Notes: a model not told the origin generated them from the letters alone. Shown: positions 1 to 10,645, numbered from the stretch's first letter. The stretch is DNA of 64,000 bases from Candidatus Eiseniibacteriota bacterium (GCA_963717505.1 OY970342.1:1056001-1120000); one strand, 5' to 3'. Translations and numbers: made by a program.

Positions 1-1413
1 GCCGACCACGAGCGCCGCGGGCACCACCCAGATCGCGAGGCTCGGCGCGATCCCGAGCACCACATAGAGCGCACCCAGCGCCAGTAGGACGAAGCCGAAC
101 ACTTTCTTTATCCACTCCATCCAGTCGCCGGACCGCGGCAGCGCCCGAAGCAGATTCGAGAACGTACCGAGCACGAGATAGGGTGCACCGAGTCCGAGTG
201 CGAGGACGAAGAACGAGCTAAACCCGAACCACAGGTCGCCCTTGGCGCCGACCACCGCCAGAAGTGCCACCACCGGTGGCCCGATGCATGGCGCGGCGAA
301 CACGCCGACCAGGAGACCCGAGAGGAACACGCCCGTGGCGCCGACCGCACTGACCGCGCTCGCCCGCTCGCGCAGCGCTGCCGGCATCTGGATCTCGTAG
401 ACGCCGAACATCGAGAGCGACAGCCCGACGAGCAGCAGCCCGATCACGACCAGAACGATCGGGTTCTGGAGGAAACCGCCGAACAGGCCGCCGGTGAACG
501 CCGCCACCAGACCGAGTACGCTGTACATCGTGGCCATGCCGAGCACGTAGAGCAGGGCCAGTCCGAACACCTGGATCGGGGGCGCGGCGCGACGGGCGCC
601 GAAGATCGAAACCGTAACGCCGAGCATCGGGTACACGCAGGGCGTCAGGTTGAGCGCGAGCCCGATCAGGAACAACGTGAGGAATGCCGCGACGCCGCCC
701 CGATCGATGGTGCGGGTGAGTGGATTGTCGAGCGCGGCCCGGGTCGCGCCGCCGGGCGGGGGCGTGGTGGAGAAACGCTCGGTGCGAATACCGGCAGCCG
801 CCGTGTCCGCGACGGGCGTCGGAGGCACGATGCTCGATTCCGGAGGCGCACCCGTCGCTTCGGGGCCCTGACTCGCCTGCCGGCCGCCACTCACGGTCAC
901 GTCGAGTGCGAATGTGATCGACGCCGGCGCCAGGCACAGCTGGTCGTTGCACGCCTGGAACTTGATCTTGCCGACGACCGCACGCCGGCCGTTCATCGCG
1001 TCGCGGGCGACGGCGAGCGGCACCTGGATCGTCACACGCTCGTCCCACACCGAAAGCTCGCTCTCCTCGAAGCCAAGCTTGAGCTTCTGGGGCAGCGGGT
1101 AGACCGGAGTCCCGGCAGTGATGCCGGCGCCGGGCGGAAGGTCGACTTCGGTCGGCACCATGAATTCGGGGGTGGCCGGGTTGGCGTTGATGTGCCAACC
1201 CTCGGCGATCTGCAGCGTGAGCGTGGCCTTCGCGGTCTCTCCGGCGCGCGCCGCGATCGGCGACGACGTGAAGGTGACCAGCTTCTCGGGCGGCGGCACG
1301 TTGCCGAACTGCGCGGTGGCGGTGCTCGCGCCGAGCCCGATCGCGAGCAGCGACACGGCGACCAGGCGCCGCACTCCCGCGCCGTTCACTCCTCGAATCC
1401 ACGACTCGCGCAT
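1..1413 (-). CDS. dsbD: Protein-disulfide reductase DsbD (C-terminus runs off window start)
   Basis: Manual translation from ATG at 1413 (TAATG overlap with upstream gene): signal peptide [23 protein letters not shown]-domain GWHINANP..FQACNDQLCLAP, TM domain LNLTPCVYPM and FAAPCIGPP. Confidence 0.9.
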   Translation of the reverse strand, partial: MRESWIRGVNGAGVRRLVAVSLLAIGLGASTATAQFGNVPPPEKLVTFTSSPIAARAGETAKATLTLQIAEGWHINANPATPEFMVPTEVDLPPGAGITAGTPVYPLPQKLKLGFEESELSVWDERVTIQVPLAVARDAMNGRRAVVGKIKFQACNDQLCLAPASITFALDVTVSGGRQASQGPEATGAPPESSIVPPTPVADTAAAGIRTERFSTTPPPGGATRAALDNPLTRTIDRGGVAAFLTLFLIGLALNLTPCVYPMLGVTVSIFGARRAAPPIQVFGLALLYVLGMATMYSVLGLVAAFTGGLFGGFLQNPIVLVVIGLLLVGLSLSMFGVYEIQMPAALRERASAVSAVGATGVFLSGLLVGVFAAPCIGPPVVALLAVVGAKGDLWFGFSSFFVLALGLGAPYLVLGTFSNLLRALPRSGDWMEWIKKVFGFVLLALGALYVVLGIAPSLAIWVVPAALVVG

Positions 1414-3584
1414 TACGCTTCCTCCGAAGGTCCGGCCGGCCGCGATTCGAGCTGCGCGGCGAACGCCGCTCGATCCGTCACCGGCAGCTGGCAAGCATAG
1501 TCTAAGCACACATACGCGGTGGCCTTCGCGTCTCGTGACACGAGCGGCGCGACGAACGGCGCCACCTCTGCCAAACGATCCCGCGCGTCGCCTTCGCTCA
1601 CCACCAGCAGGACGTCGCGCGGCAGGAACCGGCCATGGAACTCTGCAATCATCGCGTTCAGGTCGTCGGCGCCCACCCGGCCGGCGAGCACGATGTGCCG
1701 CGGCGGCTGAGACGCCAGGTCCATCGCGACCAGCATCTGGGGCATCGCCACCGGATGCTCGGCCAACCGCGCCGTGTAGTGCGCGAACAGCCGATCGGCG
1801 CGCCGCCGCCACTCCTCGCGATCGGACAGCACGGCCAGGGTGTAGAGCACGCCGGCCGCGACCGAGTTGCCCGCCAGCTCGGCGCCGTCGAAATCGTCCT
1901 TCATGCGAAACGCCAGATGCGGATCCCCCGCCGGACTGTCGAAGAAGCCACCATCGGTATCGTCCCAGAAGCGAGCGATCATCTGCTCGGTCAGCAGTCC
2001 CGCGCGTTCGAGCCATACCGGGTCGAAGGTCGCCTGGTAGAGGTCGATGAAGCCCGCGGCGAGGTTGGCATAGTCGTCGAGTTGGCCGGCGAGCGCTGCC
2101 TCGCCCTCGCGCCACCGCCGGGCGAGCGCCCCGGTCCCCGCATCGCGCAGCCGCTCCCAGATGAACGTCGCCGCCCGCGCCGCCGCCGCCGCGTATCCTG
2201 CGTCGTCGAGGAATCGGGCGCCGCGCGCGAAGGCCGAAATCATGAGCCCGTTCCACGCGGTCAGGATCTTGTCGTCGCGATGCGGGCGCACACGCGCCCC
2301 GCGCAACTCGAGGAGCCGGGCGCGCGCGGCGTCGAGCCGGTGCGCAGCCGCCTCGGGCGAGAGTCCGGCGCCGGAGGCAACCTCGTCGATCCCGCGCGCT
2401 TCGTGCAGGATGCTGGTTCCGTGCTCGAAGTTCCCGCGCGCTTCGACACCGTAGCGCGCACGGAACAGCGCGGCGTCAGCGCCGAGTGCGGCATCGATGG
2501 CGTCGTGCGTCCAGACGTAGAAGCGTCCCTCCTCGCCTTCGCTGTCGGCGTCCTCCGCCGAATAGAACCCGCCTTCGGGTGAGGTCAGGTCGCGCAGCAC
2601 ATAGGTCAGGATTCCCCGCGCGGTCTCGGCGTACGCGCGCGCCCGCACCGGGTCGCTCGAATCCCCCGCGGAACCGGCGATGACGTGCCCATCGAGATAG
2701 GCCCACGCGAGCTGCGCCTGGTCGTAGAGCATTTTCTCGAAGTGCGGCACGAGCCAGGCCGCATCGGTCGCGTAGCGGTGGAAGCCGCCGCCCAGATGAT
2801 CGTGGATGCCGCCCGCGCGCATCGCGTCGAGCTGGCTGAACGCCATGGCCAGGGCCTTGGCGCGCGGCCCGGGCGCCTGACTCCAATGGCGGAACAGGAA
2901 ATTCAGATTGGCGACCGAGGGAAACTTGGGCGCAGTGCCGAAGCCACCCTGCTCGGGATCGTGGGATCGTTCGAGCGCGCGGTAGCAGTCGACCATGCGA
3001 TCCGCGATCGCGGCCGGCGAAGCGGAGGGCCCGGCGCCGAGTGTCCCGCGATGCGCGACCGCGGCCTCGATCGCATTCAACAAACGGGAACCCTGAGTCA
3101 CCAACTCCGCGCGCTGGCCGGACCAGACTTCGTGAATCCGCGGCAGCACCTCGGTCATCCCGGGCCGGCCGTGGCGCGACTCCGGCGGAAAGTAGGTGCC
3201 TCCGTAGAACGGTTCCCGGTCGGGGGTCAGGAACGCGTTGAGCGGCCAACCCCCGCCCAACCCCATGGCCTGAAGCGCGGTCATGTACAGACGGTCCACG
3301 TCGGGTCGCTCCTCGCGATCGACCTTGACCGGAACGAACCAGCGGTTGAGCAGCTCGGCCACTGCGTCGTTCTCGAACGATTCGCGTTCCATGACGTGAC
3401 ACCAGTGGCACGTCGAGTATCCGATCGAAAGGAAGATCGGTTTGTCCTCGCGCTGCGCCTTGGCAAACGCCTCTTCGCCCCAGGGATACCAGTCCACGGG
3501 GTTCAAGGCATGCTGGAGCAGGTAGGGACTCTTCTCCCGGATCAGGCGGTTCGGCGTGCGCGTCGGCTGCGAAACGGTGGGCAT
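1413..3584 (-). CDS. YyaL/SPATA20-family thioredoxin-domain (DUF255) + (alpha/alpha)6 barrel protein
   Basis: [65 protein letters not shown]. Confidence 0.95.
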   Translation of the reverse strand: MPTVSQPTRTPNRLIREKSPYLLQHALNPVDWYPWGEEAFAKAQREDKPIFLSIGYSTCHWCHVMERESFENDAVAELLNRWFVPVKVDREERPDVDRLYMTALQAMGLGGGWPLNAFLTPDREPFYGGTYFPPESRHGRPGMTEVLPRIHEVWSGQRAELVTQGSRLLNAIEAAVAHRGTLGAGPSASPAAIADRMVDCYRALERSHDPEQGGFGTAPKFPSVANLNFLFRHWSQAPGPRAKALAMAFSQLDAMRAGGIHDHLGGGFHRYATDAAWLVPHFEKMLYDQAQLAWAYLDGHVIAGSAGDSSDPVRARAYAETARGILTYVLRDLTSPEGGFYSAEDADSEGEEGRFYVWTHDAIDAALGADAALFRARYGVEARGNFEHGTSILHEARGIDEVASGAGLSPEAAAHRLDAARARLLELRGARVRPHRDDKILTAWNGLMISAFARGARFLDDAGYAAAAARAATFIWERLRDAGTGALARRWREGEAALAGQLDDYANLAAGFIDLYQATFDPVWLERAGLLTEQMIARFWDDTDGGFFDSPAGDPHLAFRMKDDFDGAELAGNSVAAGVLYTLAVLSDREEWRRRADRLFAHYTARLAEHPVAMPQMLVAMDLASQPPRHIVLAGRVGADDLNAMIAEFHGRFLPRDVLLVVSEGDARDRLAEVAPFVAPLVSRDAKATAYVCLDYACQLPVTDRAAFAAQLESRPAGPSEEA

Positions 3585-3767
3585 GCGAGGGTTCCGCGGT
3601 GGATGGACGAAGCAGGTTAGCAGATCGGATGCCCGAGTCGGCTTCGATCACGTCAAGAGACGGGCAAGACCGCGGCGACCTTAGAATACCGGTCACGTTC
3701 CGGCGCCGGGTGCGGTATGAATGGAGCGGTCACTCCGGCTGCGACCCCTTCCCGTTCGAGGGTTGCC

Positions 3768-4439
3768 ATGTTCCGATCGAGTTCCAGCGCGTTTCGCCCG
3801 CTCGCCCTTGCGCTCCTCCTGCTCTCGGCTGGGTGCGCCTCGGCCAGCTCCAAGCCGGCGGCCAACGCCGAATCCAAGTCCGCGAAGGCGGCGCCCGTGC
3901 CCAAAGGTGCGGCCACCGCCGTGTTCGCCGGCGGCTGCTTCTGGTGCATGGAGACGGCGTACGAGGGGAAGCCGGGCGTGATCGCCGTGGTTTCGGGCTT
4001 CTCCGGCGGGCCCCAGGAGCATCCGACCTACGACCAGGTCTCGGCCGGCGGCACCGGACACGCCGAGGTCGTTCAGGTGACCTACGATCCCGCGGCGATC
4101 TCGTATGCGCAGCTGCTCGACATCTTCTGGCACAACATCGATCCGACCCAGGCCAACGGCCAGTTCTGCGACCGGGGATCGCAATACCGATCGGCGATCT
4201 TCTACAGCAGCGCCGAGGAACGAACGCTGGCGGAGAAGACAAAGGCCAATGCGGCCAACACGCTGCGCAAGGCGATCGTCACGGAAATCGTGCCGGCCAG
4301 TCCGTTCTATCCGGCGGAGGACTACCACCAGGATTTCTGGAAGAAGGATCCGGTGCGCTACTTCAGCTATCGGACCGGCTGCGGGCGCGACGCGCGGCTC
4401 AAACAGCTCTGGGGACGTGCGCCGGACGTCGCGCACTGA
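3768..4439 (+). CDS. msrA: Peptide-methionine (S)-S-oxide reductase, exported (lipobox-like signal)
   Basis: FAGGCFWCME, TGHAEVVQV, GQFCDRGSQYRSAIF, FYPAEDYHQ; N-terminal LLLLSAGC. Confidence 0.95.
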   Translation: MFRSSSSAFRPLALALLLLSAGCASASSKPAANAESKSAKAAPVPKGAATAVFAGGCFWCMETAYEGKPGVIAVVSGFSGGPQEHPTYDQVSAGGTGHAEVVQVTYDPAAISYAQLLDIFWHNIDPTQANGQFCDRGSQYRSAIFYSSAEERTLAEKTKANAANTLRKAIVTEIVPASPFYPAEDYHQDFWKKDPVRYFSYRTGCGRDARLKQLWGRAPDVAH

Positions 4440-4520
4440 GCGACGCCCCGGCCGGTCCTCGACCGCGTTTCATCCCCTCGCGCCTACCGAGACGGTAAGC
4501 CCGAGTCGTCCACGCGCGTG

Positions 4521-5531
4521 CTACCGGCCTCCCCCCGCGATCAACCACACGGCCGACCACGCGGCCAGCGCCAGGGCGAGCGCGACGAGTACGAGCAGCA
4601 CCAACTGGTTGCGTCGTCCCGATCCGGATTGGGCCACCGGGGGTGGCGTGTGCACGCGACGGCGCTCGGGGCCGACGTAGACCGGGATCGGTGCGCGGCG
4701 GCGCTCGGGGCCGCTGTAGGCCGCCGTGAAGTTGCCGATCGATCCCTCGATCCGCGCCAGGATGGCCGTGATGTTGTCGGAGCCTCCGCAGTCGTTCGCG
4801 AGCGCGATCAGGTCCTGGCATGCTTCCGACAGGTTTCGATCGGACATGGTGTCCGAGAGGTCCGTGTCGGTCACGAGGCCGTGGAGACCGTCGGAGCACA
4901 GGAGCAGAATGTCGCCTGGCTCGAGCGGCCCCTCGACCAATACGTCGACCTCGACCTGCTCGCCAACACCGACGCTCCGGGTCACGACGTTACGACGGGC
5001 GTCGGTTCGCGCCTGTTGCGGCAGGAGCTGATTCCTCTCTACGAGCTGGGCGACCAGTGTGTGGTCGCGCGTCAGTTGGCGCATTTCGCGACCCCGCGCG
5101 AGGTACGCCCGGCTGTCGCCCACGTGCGCGATCCAGGCGTCACGGCCTCTCAGGACCACCGCCGTGCACGTCGTCCCCATGCCGTTGAACGTGGGGGCGC
5201 TCCGGCTCTTTTCGTAAACGGCCCGGTTCGCAGCTTCGACCGCACCCTTCAGGTCGTCGAGCGGGTCCCCGGTCCCCGCGCAGTACTGGTTCACGACCGT
5301 CTCGACCGCGAGCCGGCTGGCAATCTCGCCCGCAACCGCGCCGCCCATGCCGTCGGCGACCACGAGCAGGATCCCGCGTCGGTCACGCTCTTCGACACTG
5401 TCGGGGATCCACACCAGGTGACAGTCTTCGTTCTGCTCGCGCTTGCGGCCCACGTCGGTCGCGGCCACTACCGCCGCGCCGATCCCGGCCCCGGCACCGC
5501 CATTCTCGATTTCGTCTCGCGCGGGCTGCAT
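4521..5531 (-). CDS. PP2C/PPM-family Ser/Thr phosphatase with tandem YxGPERRR motifs and C-terminal TM anchor
   Basis: TDVGRKREQNED, VADGMGG, MGTT, HVGDSRAY, LLLCSDGL, GGSDNIT; hydrophobic C-terminus. Confidence 0.93.
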   Translation of the reverse strand: MQPARDEIENGGAGAGIGAAVVAATDVGRKREQNEDCHLVWIPDSVEERDRRGILLVVADGMGGAVAGEIASRLAVETVVNQYCAGTGDPLDDLKGAVEAANRAVYEKSRSAPTFNGMGTTCTAVVLRGRDAWIAHVGDSRAYLARGREMRQLTRDHTLVAQLVERNQLLPQQARTDARRNVVTRSVGVGEQVEVDVLVEGPLEPGDILLLCSDGLHGLVTDTDLSDTMSDRNLSEACQDLIALANDCGGSDNITAILARIEGSIGNFTAAYSGPERRRAPIPVYVGPERRRVHTPPPVAQSGSGRRNQLVLLVLVALALALAAWSAVWLIAGGGR

Positions 5532-5537
5532 GTCAGC

Positions 5538-8417
5538 CTACACCCTTTGCTCGGCTTCGACGGAGCGCATGTGTGCGGTGTTCACCCAATGCACGCGGTC
5601 GCGATAGAGGTCGGCGTCCATCGCCGCGAGCGACTCGAACCGACGGCGATGACAGGTCACCAGGATCACCTGGTGCTCGCGCGAGACCTGCTCGAGCAGG
5701 AGCTTCATGCCGGCGCGCGCGCGATCGTCGTCGCTGGTGATGAAGCAGTCGTCGATCAGCAAGGGCAGCCGCTCCTCGCGCGACAGGTACTCGCTGATCG
5801 CCAGGCGCACCGCGAGGTGGACCTGGTCGCGAGCGCCGCTCGATAGCTGTCGCACGGCTTTCCCGCGCGACGATGCTTTGCCGCGCTTCGGGGTCACGGC
5901 GAAATCGAGGTCCTCGCCGAATCGCACGACGTCGACCCCGGTGCCGACCCGCTTGAGCATCTCGCCGACCCGCTCGTTCAGGAAATCCGCCCAGCGGCGA
6001 TGGGTCTCGTGTGCGACCTGAGTGATGGTTTCGCGGGCCAGGTCCACGGCCTGCTTGAAGCGACGGGCGCGAACCAGCGCGCGCTCCCAAGCCTCGCGCT
6101 CCACGACTTTTTCGGGGTGGAGGTGCTGGTAGCGGCGCCGCCCCTCGTCGACCCGATGCTGCAGCTCCGTGCGTTCGTCGCGAACCTGTTCGAGCAGGGC
6201 TCGGGCATCGCGCGCGGCGATCTCGAGTTCGGCGAGGGTGCGCGCGCGATCGGTGGGAATCGGAGGTGCAGGGCCCATCTGCATGCGGAACGCCGCGATC
6301 GACTGCTCGAGCAACTGAACCATCTCGTCGTTCATCAGCTCGCGCTCCAGGCGCGGGATCAGCTCCTGGGTCAGCGCCGCGTGGCGCCGGGCGCCCTGGG
6401 TGCGGCGGGCGACCTCGGGAGCCAGATCGGTCCACGGCGCGCCCTCGGCGCGCTCCAAACCGGCGGCGGCGAGAATCGATCCGGCCACGGCAGCGTGCTC
6501 GGCTCGCTGCGCGAGCAGCGGTTCGAGATCGACGCGCACCCGGCCGCGCTGCTCGTCGAAGTCGGCGCGTTTCTGGAGTTTTGCCGTCTGCACGCGGATG
6601 CCGGCGGCCACGCGATCGAGGAAGCCCGGGTCCGGAGGGTTCCCGGTTTCGGCGAGGATCTGATTGCGGCTCGACACCACCTGTTCGTACATGCCTTCGA
6701 GCAGCGCCACCGGTTCGCGCTCGCGCTCGAACCGCTGGTATTCGGAGAACACGCGGACCATCTCGCGCGTGTCGGGAATGCCGACGGTCGCCCGCAGCGC
6801 CGCCAGTTCGGTGTCCTGGTCCGCGCGGCGCGCCTGCAGCTCGGCGAGCCGTTCGTCGGCGCCCGAGATCGCCTCCAGGGCCGCCAGAGACTCCTCGCGC
6901 CGGTGACGCGCGGCGGCCAGGACCTGCGCCAGGCCCGCGAAGCCGACGATCGCCGCACCGGCCGCGATCGCGCCGCCCGGCACCGCGAACAGCGGTCGCA
7001 TCATCTGGAACGCCGCGACCACGGCGGCCGCGGCACCGATGCCGATGCCGACCCAGCCCGGTGTCGCCCGCGCGCGGCGCTCGCGCCGAATCAAATCCAT
7101 CGCCTCGACGCCCATGTCGCGGGACGCCTCGGCGTCGGCGGTCAGGGCCTCGAGTTCGAGCGAAATCTCGGGCTGGAGCTCGAGCATGCGAATCTGGTCG
7201 GGCCCGAGACCGCCGAACCACCCGGTCAGCTTCTCGATCGTCGGTGCATCGAACCCGCGCGACATCAGCTCGGCCCGCGCGCTCTCCAGCGCCCTCGAGA
7301 CCTGCTCGTGCTCCGAGTTCAGGCGGCGCAAGTCGGCGGCAGCGGCCACGAAGCGATCCGCGTCCGACTCCTGGAACTTCGCGAACATCGCGAGTCCGGC
7401 GAGCTCCTGATCGATTCGGGCCACGGCCTCGTCGAGCTGATGGAACACGTCCTCCAGGCGCTCCGCATGTCGGCCGACCTCTTCGAGCCGACCGGCGGCT
7501 TCCTGGTATCGGGCGTCCGCGTCGTGCGGCAGCGCGGCGTGGGCCGAGATCTGCGATCGCTCGGCCTGGAGCCGCGCCAGCTCTTCGGCCCGCGCCCGAT
7601 GTTCGTCGAGCTTGATCTGGGCCTCGTTGCACAACACCGCGCGGCGCTCGCTCTCGACTCCGCGCTCCAGGGCATGGGCCTCACGCTCCTGATCTTCGAG
7701 TGACGTGAGTCGCTCGATCGACGCGGACAGCACGGTGTGATCGTGTTCGAGCGCGTGGATCTCGGTGTCGATCTCGAGTCGTTTGGCGTCGAGTCGCTGG
7801 ATCGCGGTCTCGACCTTGATCGTGGCGTCGAGCAGCGGCTCGTGGTAGTGGACCGCGGCCTCGTCGAGCACGCGCAGCGCTTCGGCGGCGCTCGAGTTGC
7901 CGGCGCGCGTGTCGGCCGCGCGCTCGAGCCGGATCTGGAGCGGATTCACGCGCCGTTCCTTCTCGTCGAACGGAATGACTTCGGCCAGGTCCTCCTGGCG
8001 AACGAACGCGCACTTCTCGAACTCCTCGAGATCGAGGCCGAGCAGGTGCTTGCCGACCGGATACTCGTCCTTGCCTTCGAGGAATCGCGGCGTGATCTCC
8101 TGCCCCGAGCCGTCGAACACCGCCACCGTCTGGGCGGCGAAGTCCCGCTGCACGACGAAGCGCTCGCCACCGCACTCGAACTCCAGCTCGACCGCGAACG
8201 GTCCGCCATCCCAAGGGCGCCAGCGCTCGGAGGGCGTGACCTGGCGGTGCGCGCGGCGGTCGTCGGACAGGCCGTAGAGCCCGGCGGCCACCGCGGCCAG
8301 CAGCGTGGACTTGCCGCGCTCGTTGTCGTCGACCACCAGGGTCACCCGTCCGGGGTCGAAGCGGTGCTCGCCGCGCAGGCTGCCGAATCCGGCGACCGTC
8401 AGTCGCAGGAGCTTCAC
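5538..8417 (-). CDS. YhaN/Rad50(SbcC)-like SMC-type ATPase with central TM hairpin
   Basis: GTG at 8417 overlapping upstream TGA; Walker A NERGKSTLL, long coiled coil, signature LSSGARDQ, Walker B LLIDD, H-loop VTCH. Confidence 0.88.
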   Translation of the reverse strand: MKLLRLTVAGFGSLRGEHRFDPGRVTLVVDDNERGKSTLLAAVAAGLYGLSDDRRAHRQVTPSERWRPWDGGPFAVELEFECGGERFVVQRDFAAQTVAVFDGSGQEITPRFLEGKDEYPVGKHLLGLDLEEFEKCAFVRQEDLAEVIPFDEKERRVNPLQIRLERAADTRAGNSSAAEALRVLDEAAVHYHEPLLDATIKVETAIQRLDAKRLEIDTEIHALEHDHTVLSASIERLTSLEDQEREAHALERGVESERRAVLCNEAQIKLDEHRARAEELARLQAERSQISAHAALPHDADARYQEAAGRLEEVGRHAERLEDVFHQLDEAVARIDQELAGLAMFAKFQESDADRFVAAAADLRRLNSEHEQVSRALESARAELMSRGFDAPTIEKLTGWFGGLGPDQIRMLELQPEISLELEALTADAEASRDMGVEAMDLIRRERRARATPGWVGIGIGAAAAVVAAFQMMRPLFAVPGGAIAAGAAIVGFAGLAQVLAAARHRREESLAALEAISGADERLAELQARRADQDTELAALRATVGIPDTREMVRVFSEYQRFEREREPVALLEGMYEQVVSSRNQILAETGNPPDPGFLDRVAAGIRVQTAKLQKRADFDEQRGRVRVDLEPLLAQRAEHAAVAGSILAAAGLERAEGAPWTDLAPEVARRTQGARRHAALTQELIPRLERELMNDEMVQLLEQSIAAFRMQMGPAPPIPTDRARTLAELEIAARDARALLEQVRDERTELQHRVDEGRRRYQHLHPEKVVEREAWERALVRARRFKQAVDLARETITQVAHETHRRWADFLNERVGEMLKRVGTGVDVVRFGEDLDFAVTPKRGKASSRGKAVRQLSSGARDQVHLAVRLAISEYLSREERLPLLIDDCFITSDDDRARAGMKLLLEQVSREHQVILVTCHRRRFESLAAMDADLYRDRVHWVNTAHMRSVEAEQRV

Positions 8418-9616
8418 GACTCGAGCTCCTCGTAGACCGGCGCGACGTCGTTCAGCCGGAACGCGTCGAGTCCGTAGTAGAGCGCGCGCTCGACCATGGC
8501 GCGCACCTCGGAATCCTGCTCCCGCTCGATCCGCTCGAGCAGGAGGCGCGCGAAGCGTCCTTCGGTGGTCTCGTCGCTGGCCGCGCGCAGGGCCTCGAAG
8601 TCGTAGTCCGGGCGGAGCGCGCTCAGATCGAAGCGCAGGTGCCACACCCGGTCCTCGAGCGCAGGCCCGGCTCCGGTGTAGCGAACGCCGTGGCCCAGCC
8701 GGCCGCGCAGGGCGACCTTGACCAGATCCGCCGGGGCGACTCCGCCGGCATCGAGGGCTTCGAGAATCCGACGCTCGACGTCCTCGGCGCTGGCCGCGCG
8801 CGCGACGTCGACCTCGACGTGATGCGTGCGGCGCGGATCGAGCACGACCGGCGTGAAGTGGGCGCGCGCCGGCCCGGTCCCGAATTCAATCGACACCTCG
8901 AGCGCACCGTGAGCACCGGACTCGCCGATGTCGAGCCCGACGGCCGAGCCCGCGTAGGCGTAGTGCTCGTGGGTGTGCCCTCGGTGGTAGTGCCCGATCG
9001 CCAGGTAGGCGAACGGGGCGATGCGCACTTCCTCCTCGCTGAACGGGCCGATCACCTTTTGCCCGGGCGGACAACGAGTCTCGAGCGAGCCGTGGAACAC
9101 GCCGACGTGCAGCTCGGTCGGTGCCAGCACGCCGACCGAACTCCGGGCATCGGCGTCGAGCGGACGTGTGGTCGACGCCATGCCCGGCGTGAAGCAGCGA
9201 CCCCACACGCGTACCGGCTGGCCCGGGACCGGACGCGAGGTCCAGCGTGGCTCGGTGAAGATCTGCACGTGCTCCGGCCATGACCAGCCTCGCGACCCGA
9301 GCACGCGCGCACTCCACGCCGGGCTGGTTTCGGACCAGGGATCGTGATTGCCGGGGGCGATGAACACCGGGGGGCAGCCCGCGATTCGAAACGCGTCGAG
9401 CACCGAGGTCAAAGTTTCCGGGGCGGGCTCGGCACGGTCGAACAGGTCGCCGGGAATCAGGATCGCGTGCACACCGCGCGTGATCGCGTGCTCGATCGCC
9501 TTGCGCAGGATGGCAATCTGTTCCCGCCGCCGAAGCTCGGCGCGGTCCTTCGGCAGCCACCCAAAGCGGGCACCGAGATGCAGATCGGAAAGTTGCAGGA
9601 ATTGCACCGTCGCCAA
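8414..9616 (-). CDS. YhaO/Mre11(SbcD)-like metallophosphoesterase nuclease
   Basis: SDLHLG, PGDLFD, PGNHD, FHGS, YLAIGHYH. Confidence 0.92.
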   Translation of the reverse strand: MATVQFLQLSDLHLGARFGWLPKDRAELRRREQIAILRKAIEHAITRGVHAILIPGDLFDRAEPAPETLTSVLDAFRIAGCPPVFIAPGNHDPWSETSPAWSARVLGSRGWSWPEHVQIFTEPRWTSRPVPGQPVRVWGRCFTPGMASTTRPLDADARSSVGVLAPTELHVGVFHGSLETRCPPGQKVIGPFSEEEVRIAPFAYLAIGHYHRGHTHEHYAYAGSAVGLDIGESGAHGALEVSIEFGTGPARAHFTPVVLDPRRTHHVEVDVARAASAEDVERRILEALDAGGVAPADLVKVALRGRLGHGVRYTGAGPALEDRVWHLRFDLSALRPDYDFEALRAASDETTEGRFARLLLERIEREQDSEVRAMVERALYYGLDAFRLNDVAPVYEELES

Positions 9617-9756
9617 ATCGATCCTCGCTCTGGCTGGATGGGGTGCGGGTGTTGCCGTTTCGGGCCGGGCCCGGCAGCGGCAAAGAAGGGAGCCCCTCCC
9701 TCCTTCGTTCGGCGCCCGTCACGGCGGACATCGTGTCCGTGCCGGAAGTTATCGTC

Positions 9757-10605
9757 ATGAGCATCCAGACTCAAGAGTTCGGACTTTTGACCGCATTCCG
9801 ACCCCGGGTGGGGGCTTTGCCCCTCCCCGGCCGACTCCTTATGATCCCGAAGTCCATGAGCTTCTCCCCGGTCGCCCTGCCCGCAACCCCGGTGGCTGCA
9901 TTCGAGCGGCGACTCCGGTGGCCGGCGCTCCCGGCGCTGATGTTCCTGGGACTCATGATCGTGCTCGCGGTGGTCGGAATCTCGGCGTCGCGGTCGCGAC
10001 CGGAGCCGATCACCGGTCTGCCCGACGATGCCGGGCTGCTCGCCGCCCGGGTCGTCGTTCACGATCGCGTTCTGCCCCCGCTCGGAACCCTCAGGCTGCG
10101 CTCGTCCCTGCTCGGCGTCGGCGGCGTGCCGCGGGTCTTCGCGCCCGTGGTGGCCGAGAACGCGCTCCGCGCGCAGACCCTGGTCACTGGAGCGCAACAC
10201 CGTCATGCGCGAGATCCGCGCGTCTCGGCGGCGCTGGGGTCGCTGGCACTGGTCCTGGGTCGTCACCGGGCCGCCGAAGCTGCGTACCGGGCGGCGCTCG
10301 ATCGCAACGGAAGTTATGGCGAAGCGCGTCTCGGCCTCGGCGTGGCGCTGGCGCGACGCGCGTGGCTGGCTCCCGCCCCACTCAAGCCGCGCTCGCTCGA
10401 GCTGGCTGCACTCGCCCAGTTCATGGCCGTGCCCGACGCTGATCCCTGTCGATTGGAAGCGCTCTACAATCGCGCCGTGCTCCTGCGCCGGGTCGGACGC
10501 AACGACGAGGCGCGGCGCGCGGCGCGCAGGTACCTCGCCGAGGACGGCTCGAGTGCATGGGCCGAGCGGCTGCGCGGCGAGATGGCGTTGATCGCCTCGA
10601 ACTAG
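9757..10605 (+). CDS. Membrane-anchored TPR protein (start uncertain: 9757/9841/9856)
   Basis: One TM segment (ALMFLGLMIVLAVVGI), TPR-like AEAAYRAAL..YGEARLGLG and EALYNRAVLL. Confidence 0.7.
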   Translation: MSIQTQEFGLLTAFRPRVGALPLPGRLLMIPKSMSFSPVALPATPVAAFERRLRWPALPALMFLGLMIVLAVVGISASRSRPEPITGLPDDAGLLAARVVVHDRVLPPLGTLRLRSSLLGVGGVPRVFAPVVAENALRAQTLVTGAQHRHARDPRVSAALGSLALVLGRHRAAEAAYRAALDRNGSYGEARLGLGVALARRAWLAPAPLKPRSLELAALAQFMAVPDADPCRLEALYNRAVLLRRVGRNDEARRAARRYLAEDGSSAWAERLRGEMALIASN

Positions 10606-10645
10606 GATCGCGGGCGCGAACGGCGCCAGCGGCGCCCCCCGAAAC

